A DNA stretch of 64,000 nucleotides from Oscillospiraceae bacterium (GTDB taxonomy: Bacteria > Bacillota > Clostridia > Oscillospirales > Ruminococcaceae): positions 483 through 64,482 of the forward strand of contig JAZUJY010000152.1 of assembly GCA_045643005.1 (NCBI GenBank), written 5' to 3'. Positions 25,410 through 35,371 of this stretch are shown here, in pieces. The notes beneath the pieces were generated by a model, which worked only from the letters and a program-made list of their open reading frames with translations, searched no databases and had not been told where the DNA came from. The stretch's first letter is position 1; each line of letters opens with the position of its first letter. The position numbers and the translations under genes are program-made.

Positions 25410-27068
25410 TTAAAAATACTCCGTTTTATAACCTGCATTTATTGAAAATTCCTCAGCATATGATCCTTTTTTTACAAAAACAGAAGGCGACATTTTCAAA
25501 GGATCAAAAAGGCCGTCCTCGATCTCGCTTATTTTTTCTCTCAGGACCAGCTTCTTAAGACCTCTGCATCTTTTAAAGATACCCGCTCCAAGCTTTGTGA
25601 CGCTGTCCGGCATCTCAACGCACTCGAGTGATTCGCAGCGGTCAAATGCATACTCTTCAATATATTTCATTCCCTCGGGGATAGTGATATTCTTTAATTT
25701 TTTACATCCGCAGAAGGACTTGAATTCTATTTTTCTGATATTTTGCGGAAGTCTTATTTCTGAAAGCTCCTCACAGTCAAGAAAAGCGCCGATGCCTATC
25801 TGAAGAACTGTATCAGATATTATCATTTTTCTTAATTTTATACATGCTTCAAACGCAAAATCTTCAATAACTGCAACTGAAAAAGGAAGTGAAGCTTCAC
25901 CGGAAGCTGATGTTTTTTTCATTGCTTCAAGCTCATCGTCATCGTTATAGACCGAGATCTCTTCAAGATTTGTGCAGAAGCTGAATGCCTCCGAGCTTAT
26001 CTTGAAAATCGACTTAGGCAGAAATACTCTTTTGAGATTTGTACAGTTTTTGAATATTCCTTCAGGGAGAACTGTCACAGTAGGCGGGACCACGACCTGA
26101 CACGGTCCGTGCTCGACTGAGCAGAATGCTCTCTGTGCAAGCTTTTCCGTTCCATTTTTTATTTCATATATGATACTGTCATCTATCCTGCCCTTCAGGC
26201 CAAGAAGGATCTTGTCATAGTAGATGAGTCCGTCAGGCTGATTTTCATACCATGGTGTGTTTTTGAACGCCTCAGCACCAACTGTTCTGATCTCTTCGGG
26301 AAGCCTGATATCGATAAGTCCGCTTCCCTTGAACGCCATATCACCTATTTCATTCAGGTTTTCGGGGAAATCTGCGTGTGTCAGATTTTCACAGCGTTTA
26401 AAGGCCTCGTTTTCGATTTTTTTCAGGGATCTCGGAAATATGATCTCCTTGAGTCCGCTGCAGTTCTTAAACGTTCCGGAATAAATCTTTTCCACACCTT
26501 CCGGTAGCTCTATACGAGAAAGCTTTTTACAGTCATCAAAAACCTTTTCCTTGATCTTCTTTACGCCGTTTCCCAAAGTCACCTTTCTTAATTCTGTACA
26601 GCCTGCAAATGCTTCCTCAGAAATTCGCTCGACAGGTGACGGAATATCCGCTTCAAAGATCATTCTGCACTGATAGAAAGCTCTTCTTCCTATCTTTGTG
26701 AGTCCTTCAGGAAAATTTATCTCCTTAAGACAAAAGCATTTGCTGAAGGCCTCTTCTCCGATACCGGTCACAGTTGAAGGCAGTCTGACGCTTTCGAGCC
26801 TGCTGCAGCCCTCAAAGGCTTCATCCCCTATCTCGGTTATTCCTTCATCTATATAAGCAAAACGAATATTTTTTGCAAATTCCTCATCTGAGATATTTTC
26901 CAGAACACCTGTGCCCTGGAGATAAAGCTTTCCGTCACTTTTAAACCGGTAGCTGATATTTTCACATTTTCTTACAAATCCCGATGTTTCAAGCGGTGCT
27001 GTTCCTGCATTTGAATCGTTTACAGCAGGCGGCAGCTGCGGTGGTCTGATATCTATAAAATCACTCAT
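25410..27068 (-). CDS. Leucine-rich repeat protein (BspA-type LRR_5 repeats), no signal peptide
   Basis: The ~23-aa repeats follow the IP..V..IG..AF..C..L..I pattern (e.g. LPSTVTGIGEEAFSKCFCLKEINFPEGLTKIGRRAF). I prefer the start MSDFIDIR at 27068, with AAGGGAG 7-8 nt upstream. Confidence 0.8.
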   Translation of the reverse strand: MSDFIDIRPPQLPPAVNDSNAGTAPLETSGFVRKCENISYRFKSDGKLYLQGTGVLENISDEEFAKNIRFAYIDEGITEIGDEAFEGCSRLESVRLPSTVTGIGEEAFSKCFCLKEINFPEGLTKIGRRAFYQCRMIFEADIPSPVERISEEAFAGCTELRKVTLGNGVKKIKEKVFDDCKKLSRIELPEGVEKIYSGTFKNCSGLKEIIFPRSLKKIENEAFKRCENLTHADFPENLNEIGDMAFKGSGLIDIRLPEEIRTVGAEAFKNTPWYENQPDGLIYYDKILLGLKGRIDDSIIYEIKNGTEKLAQRAFCSVEHGPCQVVVPPTVTVLPEGIFKNCTNLKRVFLPKSIFKISSEAFSFCTNLEEISVYNDDDELEAMKKTSASGEASLPFSVAVIEDFAFEACIKLRKMIISDTVLQIGIGAFLDCEELSEIRLPQNIRKIEFKSFCGCKKLKNITIPEGMKYIEEYAFDRCESLECVEMPDSVTKLGAGIFKRCRGLKKLVLREKISEIEDGLFDPLKMSPSVFVKKGSYAEEFSINAGYKTEYF

Positions 27069-27195
27069 AAACTCGCTCCCTTTCCCTATATGCATTTTTG
27101 CATATTAATCTATCTTTATTATATCACTTATTTTGCATTTTGGCAAATATTTTTTCACTGAGAATAGCTTTATTATTTTTTTATCAAAAAAAATA

Positions 27196-27215
27196 TTCAA
27201 AGCTCTGTGTTGTTA
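27196..27215 (+). repeat. 22-bp box, variant TTCAAAGCTCTGTGTTGTTA(CA)
   Basis: String match. It lies in the divergent promoter region between the LRR and vWA genes. Confidence 0.8.
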
Positions 27216-27356
27216 CAGATACCAAAGAAAAAAATTGTCGCTTTTGAAGCGACCTTTATGTCTCTGAAATAAACTATAATAAAAACAACGAAAGACGAAA
27301 AACAAAAAAGTCTCTAAGAAAATTTTACAATAATATATTAACGGAGGTAAACAATT

Positions 27357-28010
27357 ATGAAAAAGGATTTTACAGAAATAGTTTTTATACTTGACGAAAG
27401 CGGCTCAATGTCTAACCTTAAAAGTGACACTATCGGTGGTTTCAACTCAATGATTGAAAAACAGAAGACTGAGAACGGTGATGCTGCAGTAACAACGATC
27501 ATGTTCAGTACTGAAAGCAGAATCGTTCATGACAGAGAAGATATCAGCAAGATCGAAGAAATGACCGGCAAGCAGTACTGTCCGGGCGGATGTACAGCAC
27601 TTTTTGATGCAGTCGGCGGTGCAGTAGATCACATCTCTTCGATCCACAAATATGCACGTGAAGAAGACAGACCTGAACATACGATATTTATCATTACTAC
27701 CGATGGTATGGAAAATGCAAGCAGAAAATACTCAAAACAGGATGTAAAGAAAATGATCGAAGCACAAAAGGAAAACGGCTGGGAATTTGTCTTCCTTGGG
27801 GCAAATATTGATGCTGCTCAGGCCGCTGCTGATATAGGGATCTGCAGGGAAAGCGCTGTTGACTATGTTCCCGACTCATTCGGAACTCATACTCTGTTCA
27901 AAGCTGTATCCTGTGCTGTTTCAAACGCAAGAATGGGCAGAAAGAATTCTGAGTACCAAAAGTGGCGAGAAGAAGCAGATCTGTATATGGAAACAAAAAG
28001 CAGACATTGA
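27357..28010 (+). CDS. Stand-alone von Willebrand factor A (vWA) domain protein
   Basis: IVFILDESGSMS supplies the MIDAS DxSGS motif, followed by GGCTALFDAVG and IFIITTDGMEN. There is no signal peptide or TM segment. SD is GGAGG. Confidence 0.8.
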   Translation: MKKDFTEIVFILDESGSMSNLKSDTIGGFNSMIEKQKTENGDAAVTTIMFSTESRIVHDREDISKIEEMTGKQYCPGGCTALFDAVGGAVDHISSIHKYAREEDRPEHTIFIITTDGMENASRKYSKQDVKKMIEAQKENGWEFVFLGANIDAAQAAADIGICRESAVDYVPDSFGTHTLFKAVSCAVSNARMGRKNSEYQKWREEADLYMETKSRH

Positions 28011-28130
28011 TCGCGGAATATTCGTTATGCTTTTTTCTATACATCTGCTTGCAAAATTCCCGGATTTTATGCTATACTGATTCTGAAACATACAGTCTTC
28101 AATTAAATCGAAAGGAACCATTCAGTTGTT

Positions 28131-28688
28131 ATGGAAATATTTGATATCGTAGACGAAAAAGGCGATCCTACGGGAGAAACAGTGGAAAGAAACGAAGCAC
28201 ACGACAAAGGGATCAGACACCGTACTGCTCACACATGGGTTGCAAGGAATAATAACGGTCATACCGAATTTCTTCTGCAGAAAAGGAATGACGACAAGGA
28301 GAGCTTTCCGGGCTGCTACGACACATCATCTGCAGGACATATTCATGCCGGAGACGAGCCGCTCGTATCAGCACTCAGAGAACTTGAGGAAGAGCTGGGG
28401 ATCAAAGCAGAGGCTTCTGAATTAAACTTCGCAGGTACATTCATTGTTGATTATGAAAAAGAATTTTTCGGAAGGATCTTCCGAGACAAAGAGATCCCTT
28501 TTGTTTTTGTCTATACGAAAAATGTTGATATTTCAAATCTTAAGCTTCAGAAAGAAGAGGTATCCGGAGTAAAATGGTTTACTGCCGAAGAAATATCCGA
28601 CATGATCACAAGACATGACAAAATATGCTGTGTTCCGAAAAACGGATTTTTGCTTGCAGAAAAATGGTGCAGTATCAACTTAAAATAA
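28131..28688 (+). CDS. NUDIX hydrolase
   Basis: Nudix box GHIHAGDEPLVSALRELEEELGI (G-x5-E-x7-REUxEExGU). Confidence 0.85.
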   Translation: MEIFDIVDEKGDPTGETVERNEAHDKGIRHRTAHTWVARNNNGHTEFLLQKRNDDKESFPGCYDTSSAGHIHAGDEPLVSALRELEEELGIKAEASELNFAGTFIVDYEKEFFGRIFRDKEIPFVFVYTKNVDISNLKLQKEEVSGVKWFTAEEISDMITRHDKICCVPKNGFLLAEKWCSINLK

Positions 28689-28700
28689 CAGAGAAAAAAA

Positions 28701-28739
28701 GGTGTATGCGATCCTTTCAGGGATACATACACCTTTTTT
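28701..28739 (+). terminator. Rho-independent terminator of the Nudix gene
   Basis: GGTGTATG...CATACACC followed by TTTTTT. Confidence 0.75.
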
Positions 28740-28871
28740 CAGCTCTTTTTTTACTCATCCGCAGTCATATATCCGAACAATACTTGCTCAAATCTGAGAA
28801 GCGATGTCATTCAGTTATTTATCTTCGGATAATTAAGCACAGACCGATACTTTCAAAATGTCAGAAGCACA

Positions 28872-29357
28872 TCAGAACAGCGACAAAACAGCAGCCATAA
28901 GTGCTGCTATCAACGGGAATCCCACGATCGTTCCTATCCATTTTCTTATCATGGTTTTTTTAGGAACATACGGCATCAGATCCTCTGTTCCCGGGATCAC
29001 CCAGGCTTTTGTCCTGCCTACCCAGTACCAGTCGATAAATATCCTGTCAAAAAGTCCCTCGATCATCAAAACGCCAAGGGACTGACAAAAAGATTCTCCA
29101 AAGCCTCTTGCACCGTTTATGAAATAAACCATCAGAGGGATCAGTACAAGCATCGGAACAAACAAAGCCAGAGCTGCCGCTGTCTTTCTCTTTTTCAGCT
29201 TTTCTTCAGTGATAAGACCTTTCTCCACTACTCTCTTACGGACCTCCGGCTCATAAAAATACACAGAGCCGACAGGACCATCCGCTATCCCTACCACACA
29301 TACGAGAAGCATCAAAAAGCACATGGCAAAGCCTTCGATCATAATTTTTAATATCAT
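28872..29357 (-). CDS. Small integral membrane protein (about 4 TM segments)
   Basis: I prefer the start MILKIMIEGFAMCFLMLLVCVV at 29357, with GGGGAGAGG upstream. The longer track ORF would overlap the upstream gene. Confidence 0.6.
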   Translation of the reverse strand: MILKIMIEGFAMCFLMLLVCVVGIADGPVGSVYFYEPEVRKRVVEKGLITEEKLKKRKTAAALALFVPMLVLIPLMVYFINGARGFGESFCQSLGVLMIEGLFDRIFIDWYWVGRTKAWVIPGTEDLMPYVPKKTMIRKWIGTIVGFPLIAALMAAVLSLF

Positions 29358-29370
29358 TTTCCTCTCCCCA

Positions 29371-30576
29371 TCATGTATTTGGCTGAACGTCATCCCAGTC
29401 TGCAGATTCATCCGCACCGACCAGCCAGTCAAGAGTCTTGTGTCTTTCAAAAACAACTCCCTGATCCATACCTGCCACAGAAGGAAGTCTGTGGATCCTG
29501 TTGTCAACGCATGACCAGTCGAGACAGAAAACAAGGTCATCAGCATCCAGAAGCTCGCCCGGTGTTCTCAGACTGCAGGCATTTTTCAGTTCATCATATG
29601 ATTTGTATTCATGTATTCTTTTTACTATTCCCGACACATCACAGTAATGATCAGGAAAATCAAGTTCCGTAAGACCTAAGGCCCATTCACAGACATAAAG
29701 ATTTTCATACTGCCATGTGTAATTTGTCGCATCATCATCTGACGGATCTTCATCGTTAAAGAACTCAAGCTCATTTGGTGAGAACCAGTCCTCTGTCATT
29801 CCGTACATATTCATCACATTTGAAACAAGATCATGAGCGTCTTCAATATCACTTTCTTCATCCATAAGTACTTCAGCATAAAGTGATATCGCAAGAAGAG
29901 CTATCGTTCTGTGTAAAACTTCATCAAGTGATCTGCAGTTGCTGCTCTCCTCAGTTTCCACAAATGGATACATCGTCGGAAGCATCAGACATTTTTCATC
30001 AAGGACCTTCATGGTTCTTTCTCTTCTCGCTCTTTGCTCGGTCGGAGCATCGGTAAACGGGCTCGGCTTTCTCGGAGGGAGATATGTTTCCAGATCAGAT
30101 TCGCCGTCATCGGAAAGAATGCATTCTGCTTCACCATTGCTGCCGGGACGATAAATCTTTCCCGGCTCGTCATCATCACCTGCCACGAGAAGCAGTGAAT
30201 TTATCTCATCTGACGAACTCAACAGCTTTTTTATAATATCAGAAATATCAGCTGAATCAGACTGCTCAGTTTCGCATCTCATCATCACTATGGAATTCAT
30301 CCATAAAAGATATGTGACGAGATTTGTCCTGATATCAGAATGCACGGTTTTTGTATGATAAAAATGTCCGGCAATACCGTTTATCTGTTTTTTGGCACTT
30401 TCCTTTTCTTCTTCGCCCATTCCTTCGGATAAGATCACCATATCGATCCCGAAATTATCGGACTCGACCGTGAACTGAAATGTTGATGCATCAGAAATAC
30501 CAAACGGCTTTAAAACCGCTGTTCTGATTTTCTCAGGATTTTTTTCATCTGTCAGTAAATACAACTTTTTTTCCAT
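29371..30576 (-). CDS. DUF4272-like domain protein with N-terminal extension
   Basis: The C-terminal block is YTWQYENLYVCEWALGLTELDFPDHYCDV...LLDADDLVFCLDWSCVDNRI...GVVFERHKTLDWLVGADESADWDDVQPNT. It resembles my recollection of DUF4272 (...ERH.ALNWL....WDDV..dT). Confidence 0.6.
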   Translation of the reverse strand: MEKKLYLLTDEKNPEKIRTAVLKPFGISDASTFQFTVESDNFGIDMVILSEGMGEEEKESAKKQINGIAGHFYHTKTVHSDIRTNLVTYLLWMNSIVMMRCETEQSDSADISDIIKKLLSSSDEINSLLLVAGDDDEPGKIYRPGSNGEAECILSDDGESDLETYLPPRKPSPFTDAPTEQRARRERTMKVLDEKCLMLPTMYPFVETEESSNCRSLDEVLHRTIALLAISLYAEVLMDEESDIEDAHDLVSNVMNMYGMTEDWFSPNELEFFNDEDPSDDDATNYTWQYENLYVCEWALGLTELDFPDHYCDVSGIVKRIHEYKSYDELKNACSLRTPGELLDADDLVFCLDWSCVDNRIHRLPSVAGMDQGVVFERHKTLDWLVGADESADWDDVQPNT

Positions 30577-30599
30577 AAATAATTGCTCCTTTTCTTTTT

Positions 30600-30665
30600 T
30601 TCAAAGCTATGTTTTCATCGAGCAGCGGCGATTTGAAGGCTCGGTTCCTGATCCTGCGGAAGATA
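30600..30665 (+). repeat. Degenerate copy E of the intergenic repeat
   Basis: TTCAAAGCTATGTTTTCATCGAGCAGCGGCGATTTGAAGGCTCGGTTCC aligns with the 5' half of copy A at roughly 70% by eye. Confidence 0.55.
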
Positions 30666-30813
30666 TTCATCTTCGTCGCTGTCTCAGCTCACACTGTATC
30701 ATCATTATATCATTTATCACATAGTCATACAAGTACAAAAATATATAAAAAATCTTCCGGAAATCTGTAATATGATCCCCGGAAGATGCTGTCAGGTTTT
30801 CTTTAAAGTTTTC

Positions 30814-30985
30814 TTATTTTTTGGGTGTCAGACTGTATACTGTATTTTCTTTCTGGCTGAACGCAAGCAGAACGCCTGTTTTGTCAGGTGCTATGACCAG
30901 GTCAAAAAGCGGAAAACCTGCTTCTTTTTCATCAAGAAGCTTTGTACATGTGTTATTATAATTTTTTTCTTTTTCGTAATATATG
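30814..30985 (-). pseudogene. Startless C-terminal gene remnant with retained terminator
   Basis: The frame reads ...YYEKEKNYNNTCTKLLDEKEAGFPLFDLVIAPDKTGVLLAFSQKENTVYSLTPKK* with no ATG/GTG/TTG after the upstream in-frame TAA. It is followed on the minus strand by hairpin ATCTTCCGG/CCGGAAGAT (about 30753..30790) plus a T-run. Confidence 0.3.
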
Positions 30986-31122
30986 ATAATATTTTAGCAT
31001 ATGATGATTTTCAGGTCAATCAAACATATAAACTCAAAAAAATCAAAAGAACGCTTCTCCGTTTCAAAGACGGAAAAAGCGTTCTTCTGTAGTATATTTC
31101 TTAAAAAATCATTCTATTTTGA

Positions 31123-31857
31123 TCAGATAACAGACTCACAGCCTTCGGAACCTGAAAAATATAAACTTAATTCATTTTTAAATTTCTTTAATTTCTTTTG
31201 TGCTACGGGAACAGAAATGTTATTTGTCATATATATCATATAGTCGGTAATGCCCTTCACATATTCCATATTTATAATAAAGCTTTTATGAGGAGACGAA
31301 AACCGCTTCATATCTATCATTTCTATTATTCTGACAATTCCGCCTCGAATAATATATTTCCGTTCTTCTGTAAAAATAGTTATCCTTCGGTTGCCTGTAT
31401 ATTCAAACACATATATATCATTTGTATCAAGCATCAGCGGACCTGTCACACCCTGAAACTCGACAACTGAATTTTTCTTTTTCTGTTCAACATAATACAG
31501 ATAAAAATCTTTTATTACTTTATAGATCCTCTCTGTCGCGACCGGCTTTTCTATAAAGTCAAACGGATGAACCGCAAATATCTTTATAATACAGTCCAGA
31601 CGGCCCGATATATATACTATAGCTGATTTTCTGTTTTTCAAACGAATTTTTGCTGCCATCCTGAGCCCGTCCACACCATATGGATCAGGATCAAAAAAAA
31701 TCATATCAAATAACATATCACTCTGACACAGTTCATCAGGACTTGAAAAATTAAAGATCAGATGATCGAGACTGTATTTGACCTGAAAACCCGACAGACT
31801 CTTTGTGATCTGCTCAGAAACGTTTTTATCATTATTACATACTGCTATTTTAATCAT
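31123..31857 (-). CDS. LytTR-family response regulator (receiver + LytTR DNA-binding domain)
   Basis: Receiver-like N-terminus: MIKIAVCNND...DMIFFDPDPYGVDGL...IVYISG...FIEKP. LytTR-like C-terminus: ITIFTEERKYIIRGGIVRIIEMIDMKRFSSPHKSFIINMEYV. ATG 31866 is an alternative start. No histidine kinase is adjacent. Confidence 0.8.
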   Translation of the reverse strand: MIKIAVCNNDKNVSEQITKSLSGFQVKYSLDHLIFNFSSPDELCQSDMLFDMIFFDPDPYGVDGLRMAAKIRLKNRKSAIVYISGRLDCIIKIFAVHPFDFIEKPVATERIYKVIKDFYLYYVEQKKKNSVVEFQGVTGPLMLDTNDIYVFEYTGNRRITIFTEERKYIIRGGIVRIIEMIDMKRFSSPHKSFIINMEYVKGITDYMIYMTNNISVPVAQKKLKKFKNELSLYFSGSEGCESVI

Positions 31858-31894
31858 ATATCCCATCCCCCATTCGTTATTCTGAAATCAAAAA

Positions 31895-31965
31895 GTACAA
31901 TCTGCGACTGTCTGGTCAGCGATTCTACGAATCGCCTCTGCTTGTTAAAAGCAGAGCTTTGAACA
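31895..31965 (-). repeat. Truncated copy D of the intergenic repeat (reverse orientation)
   Basis: GTACAATCTGCGACTG..GCGATTCTACGAATCGCCTCTGCTTGTTAAAAGCAGAGCTTTGAACA matches the reverse complement of the 5' half of copy A. Confidence 0.8.
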
Positions 31966-32150
31966 AATTTAATCATAACAAATGCTGTTCTTCAAAACCT
32001 TTTTTCGATAAAGGCTCTGAAAAAACAACGACTGCGTAAAAAACAATTACGCAGTCGTCCGGTAGAATTATCAGTTTAAGTGATCTGCTGCCGAAAATGC
32101 AGCTTCAAAAACTACTGACTATTCAAAAAGTAATTTGGCTGTTGTAAATA

Positions 32151-32882
32151 TCATGTGTATCCATTCATCTTCTTATTCTTTATCAGCGTCGGATAGTCTA
32201 CAAAACAGAAACTCATGTCACATTCGGTTTTGACGCCGATCACTCTTCCAATATCTGTATATTCCCACATACCAAGCTGATCTCCATGATCCTCAGTCAT
32301 GTAATATTCATTTTCATTATACTTCATACTCCGGTCAGATACCCAAAATGCATAATCTGTTCTGATCGTATCCTTCTTGCTAAGAGACTGATTATTAATT
32401 ACATTCAGGTTTGACTTATTCACATAAATTCCCATCCATTTGTTATATGTCTGAACAAGTCTGCTGTTCAATGCTTTAATTATATTTTTATAATGATAAC
32501 TTGATGATACAAAATAAGACATTTCATTGAGTCCTATGTATATAGGATATTCAAACTTTCTGCCTTTTAAATTGTAGTTGTTCAGATTATCAACCAAAGA
32601 ATTGACCTTTTTGGTAATATTTGAAGTATTTGAAAGATCACCTGATGTCAGGAACAGTTCATAATACACGCCTGTCTTGATGTTATGAGTGTTATGGCAT
32701 TCATTATAAACATCTGAAAATATTTCTCCTCCACGTGAAATATTTTCAGCCTTTCCAATTGCTTTCAGTATCACAAAATCCACATTTTTACTCACATAAT
32801 CAAAATTGATATTGCTGCACTCCAGAGGATCAAGTAATATGCCTCTTTTAATAGTCTGATTTGAAATAGTACTTTTGGTCAT
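32151..32882 (-). CDS. Divergent GH25-like (lysozyme/muramidase fold) protein, no signal peptide
   Basis: GILLDPLECSNINFDYVSKNVDFVILKAIGKA... parallels the GH25 N-terminus (GIDVS..QG.IDW..V....i.FviiKa..G). The C-terminal MWEYTDIGRVIGVKTECDMSF parallels WQY...G.v.Gi.g.vDln.f. The match is weak, and catalytic residues are not confidently alignable. Confidence 0.4.
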   Translation of the reverse strand: MTKSTISNQTIKRGILLDPLECSNINFDYVSKNVDFVILKAIGKAENISRGGEIFSDVYNECHNTHNIKTGVYYELFLTSGDLSNTSNITKKVNSLVDNLNNYNLKGRKFEYPIYIGLNEMSYFVSSSYHYKNIIKALNSRLVQTYNKWMGIYVNKSNLNVINNQSLSKKDTIRTDYAFWVSDRSMKYNENEYYMTEDHGDQLGMWEYTDIGRVIGVKTECDMSFCFVDYPTLIKNKKMNGYT

Positions 32883-33217
32883 TATAGATTCCCCCTAATA
32901 GTATTTTGTACATTTTGTCAGCAAATTGGTCTTTCTTTTTGTTCTATATTATGTTTACATACATATTATAACATAAAAAACACGTTTTGTGTCAAAATTA
33001 CAAAATTGTAATTTCAAAAAATCGACTTTCAAGATAAGCAAAAAAAATATTTTAAAAAATACGTTTTGAACAAAAAACACTTGACATTGTTGAAAACTTA
33101 TAGTATAATATATATAACAAATAGGAAAATTTGTGTTCGATTGCACATTATAACTAAATTTTAATATTTGGAAAATATGAATGGGTGATTTTACACTAAA
33201 TCAGGGGGATGATCATT

Positions 33218-33628
33218 ATGCGTTTAAATGAAATGTTTTTTAATATCAAAAGGAAAATATATGATGAAGTTCAGGATACAAAAAAGAACGAACTTCGTTT
33301 TGATCCGGACGGCTCATCAATTTCTTTTGGTAACCCGAAAAATTCTCAGGTAACTGTTTTTATCGAAAAGAACAAATGCTGGGCAATAGCTGAAGGTCAG
33401 TACGGAATTTATCAGAAAGCTGTTATTTCAGATAATTTCTTCAAATCTTCGATACCCAACAATGATGCTGATATCAGCGACTATGTACTAAGTGTATGGA
33501 ACACACTGATGTCCGTAGTAAATCAGTATATCAGAGAAAACAGTATTTCCACAAGAGACGGCACACCTGATATCGTTGTTTCGATGACAGGAAAAGAAAA
33601 TGAGATTCGTTTCAGAGGCGCTGTCTGA
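33218..33628 (+). CDS. Hypothetical protein (136 aa)
   Basis: The ORF has GGGGG 9 nt upstream of ATG 33218, and a terminator follows. Confidence 0.45.
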   Translation: MRLNEMFFNIKRKIYDEVQDTKKNELRFDPDGSSISFGNPKNSQVTVFIEKNKCWAIAEGQYGIYQKAVISDNFFKSSIPNNDADISDYVLSVWNTLMSVVNQYIRENSISTRDGTPDIVVSMTGKENEIRFRGAV

Positions 33629-33652
33629 TATTGATTTTTTTAATTATTCCGG

Positions 33653-33687
33653 CCTGCTTTCAATAATCTGAAAGCAGGTCTTTTTTT
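33653..33687 (+). terminator. Rho-independent terminator
   Basis: CCTGCTTTC-aataatct-GAAAGCAGG-TC-TTTTTTT. Confidence 0.8.
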
Positions 33688-33878
33688 ACGTAAAAATTAA
33701 TACTAAAAAACAGAGCTTTGAAGAAAATATGCACCCTCGAGGGCAAAAAATAACAGAATATTACATATTTCAGGATAAGAATATAATAATTCTTATATTG
33801 ACTAAACAAGATAAAATATGTTAAAATATTAAATATATCGGTTCATTTTTTTTATTATTGAGGGGGAAAAGAAGAATA

Positions 33879-35261
33879 ATGAAACAACTAAAATGTGTCC
33901 TTTTGATATTATCCTTATGTCTTTCTCTCTGTAGCTGCACGATTTCCGGAAACAACAACAGCAGCGCTACATCAGAAGAAACAGCAGAAACATCTGAAAC
34001 TTTCGCAGAAGAAACCACTGTCGCAGAAACTACTGTTCCTGTAGTAACTGAAAACAAAAAAGAAACAACTCAGACCACAAAAGAAGTCATCAAAATAGAA
34101 AAACCTGAACTTCTTTATTTTATCAGTCAAAATCAGACATTGAGAGAATATGAAACCTCCAAAAACATTCCTTTGGTTCAGATGTCTTATTCACTCGCTG
34201 TTCTTGACGATACAAACAGAAAAAACTATTCCGCTCTTGCTGATATCCTTGACATGCACTCAAAAATTGTCAAAGCTTCAGAAGAAGAGCTGTTTGATGA
34301 GCTCAAAAAAACTGCTCAGGACGAATTCAACAAAGATCCTGATTCTTTCAGCATCTATACAAATTCTTCAACCACTCTTGTCCGGAGAGCAGATTCACTT
34401 GCAGTCAGCCTGCTTGAAGAAATAACAGACAACAACGATAAAACCGAACATAAAAACGTTTTATCATACAAGACATATAACTATGATTCAAAAACAGGAA
34501 AAGAACTTGTCCTCTCTGATGTCATAAAGGATACAGCCGCTCTTCCGGATATCATAGAAAATCTTCTCAGATACAGTCAGGAGCTTTACAATCTTGAATC
34601 TCCAAATGCGTTATCCGACTATTTCAATAACACAAAGGAAGAAGATATAAAATGGACTCTTGAAAATGAGGGTATCACATTTTATTTTGATTCAACAGAC
34701 GGTGTTTCCGCCAAAGGAGGATCACGACCTGTTACGATCTCATACTCAGCACATTCATCAATTTTTAAAACCGACTACATGCTTTATCCGGACGCCTATA
34801 TAATAGGAACCGGTGAATCCAACTTTTATTATGATGTAGATGATGACGGAATATGCGAAGAGATCATCACAAAATTCAGAAATACGGATTCTTCAGCTTT
34901 CGAATATTCATCCGTTTCAACTGCAATTGATTCAAAAGCATTTGAGATCAGCATTCGTGCTGACAAAAAAAATCAGTATATAGTCAAAACGTCTGATAAC
35001 AAATGTTATCTTTATATCTTCTCACAATATCTCGAATACCCCGGTGAACTTCACATTTTTGAACTTACAACAGACGGTCCGAAATATCTCGGTGAGGAAC
35101 TTTTAGAACTTCATACTTACGAAAGTCAGGCAGGAAATACAATTATGCGTGATATTCCTACTGATCCCGAAATGTTCTATCTCGATGACGTAAGCTCCGT
35201 ATCACGCGACCATAACAGAACAGCATACACTATCTCAGATGGTAAACCTGACATTAAATAA
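33879..35261 (+). CDS. Lipoprotein, possibly DUF4163/DUF3298 (RsiV-like) type
   Basis: MKQLKCVLLILSLCLSLCSC carries a lipobox, followed by a Ser/Thr/Glu-rich linker. WTLENEGITFYFDSTDGVSAKGGSRPVTISY resembles the DUF3298 pattern; this is recollection only. Confidence 0.6.
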   Translation: MKQLKCVLLILSLCLSLCSCTISGNNNSSATSEETAETSETFAEETTVAETTVPVVTENKKETTQTTKEVIKIEKPELLYFISQNQTLREYETSKNIPLVQMSYSLAVLDDTNRKNYSALADILDMHSKIVKASEEELFDELKKTAQDEFNKDPDSFSIYTNSSTTLVRRADSLAVSLLEEITDNNDKTEHKNVLSYKTYNYDSKTGKELVLSDVIKDTAALPDIIENLLRYSQELYNLESPNALSDYFNNTKEEDIKWTLENEGITFYFDSTDGVSAKGGSRPVTISYSAHSSIFKTDYMLYPDAYIIGTGESNFYYDVDDDGICEEIITKFRNTDSSAFEYSSVSTAIDSKAFEISIRADKKNQYIVKTSDNKCYLYIFSQYLEYPGELHIFELTTDGPKYLGEELLELHTYESQAGNTIMRDIPTDPEMFYLDDVSSVSRDHNRTAYTISDGKPDIK

Positions 35262-35287
35262 TACAATTAACAGGCTATGCGAAAAAC

Positions 35288-35336
35288 AAAGCACATCAAA
35301 GCTGAAATTATTAATTCAGCTTTGATGTGCTTTTTA
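35288..35336. terminator. Bidirectional terminator (16-bp stem)
   Basis: GCACATCAAAGCTGAA / TTCAGCTTTGATGTGC, flanked by A-rich and T-rich runs. It lies between convergent genes. Confidence 0.85.
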
Positions 35337-35371
35337 ATTTTCTCAAAAGTCCTGTACCGTTTTTTGTATTA

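Noticed and set aside
30772-31243. ORFs 30772..31092 and 31001..31243 (+) lie in the AT-rich spacer.
   Set aside because: Their products are low-complexity Phe/Lys/Ile-rich sequences with no SD. The region is better explained by a minus-strand gene stump with its terminator plus promoter DNA for the LytTR gene.
32151-32882. The GH25-like gene could be a prophage endolysin marking a prophage.
   Set aside because: There are no holin, tail, capsid, integrase or other phage genes on either side, and the neighbours are ordinary chromosomal genes.
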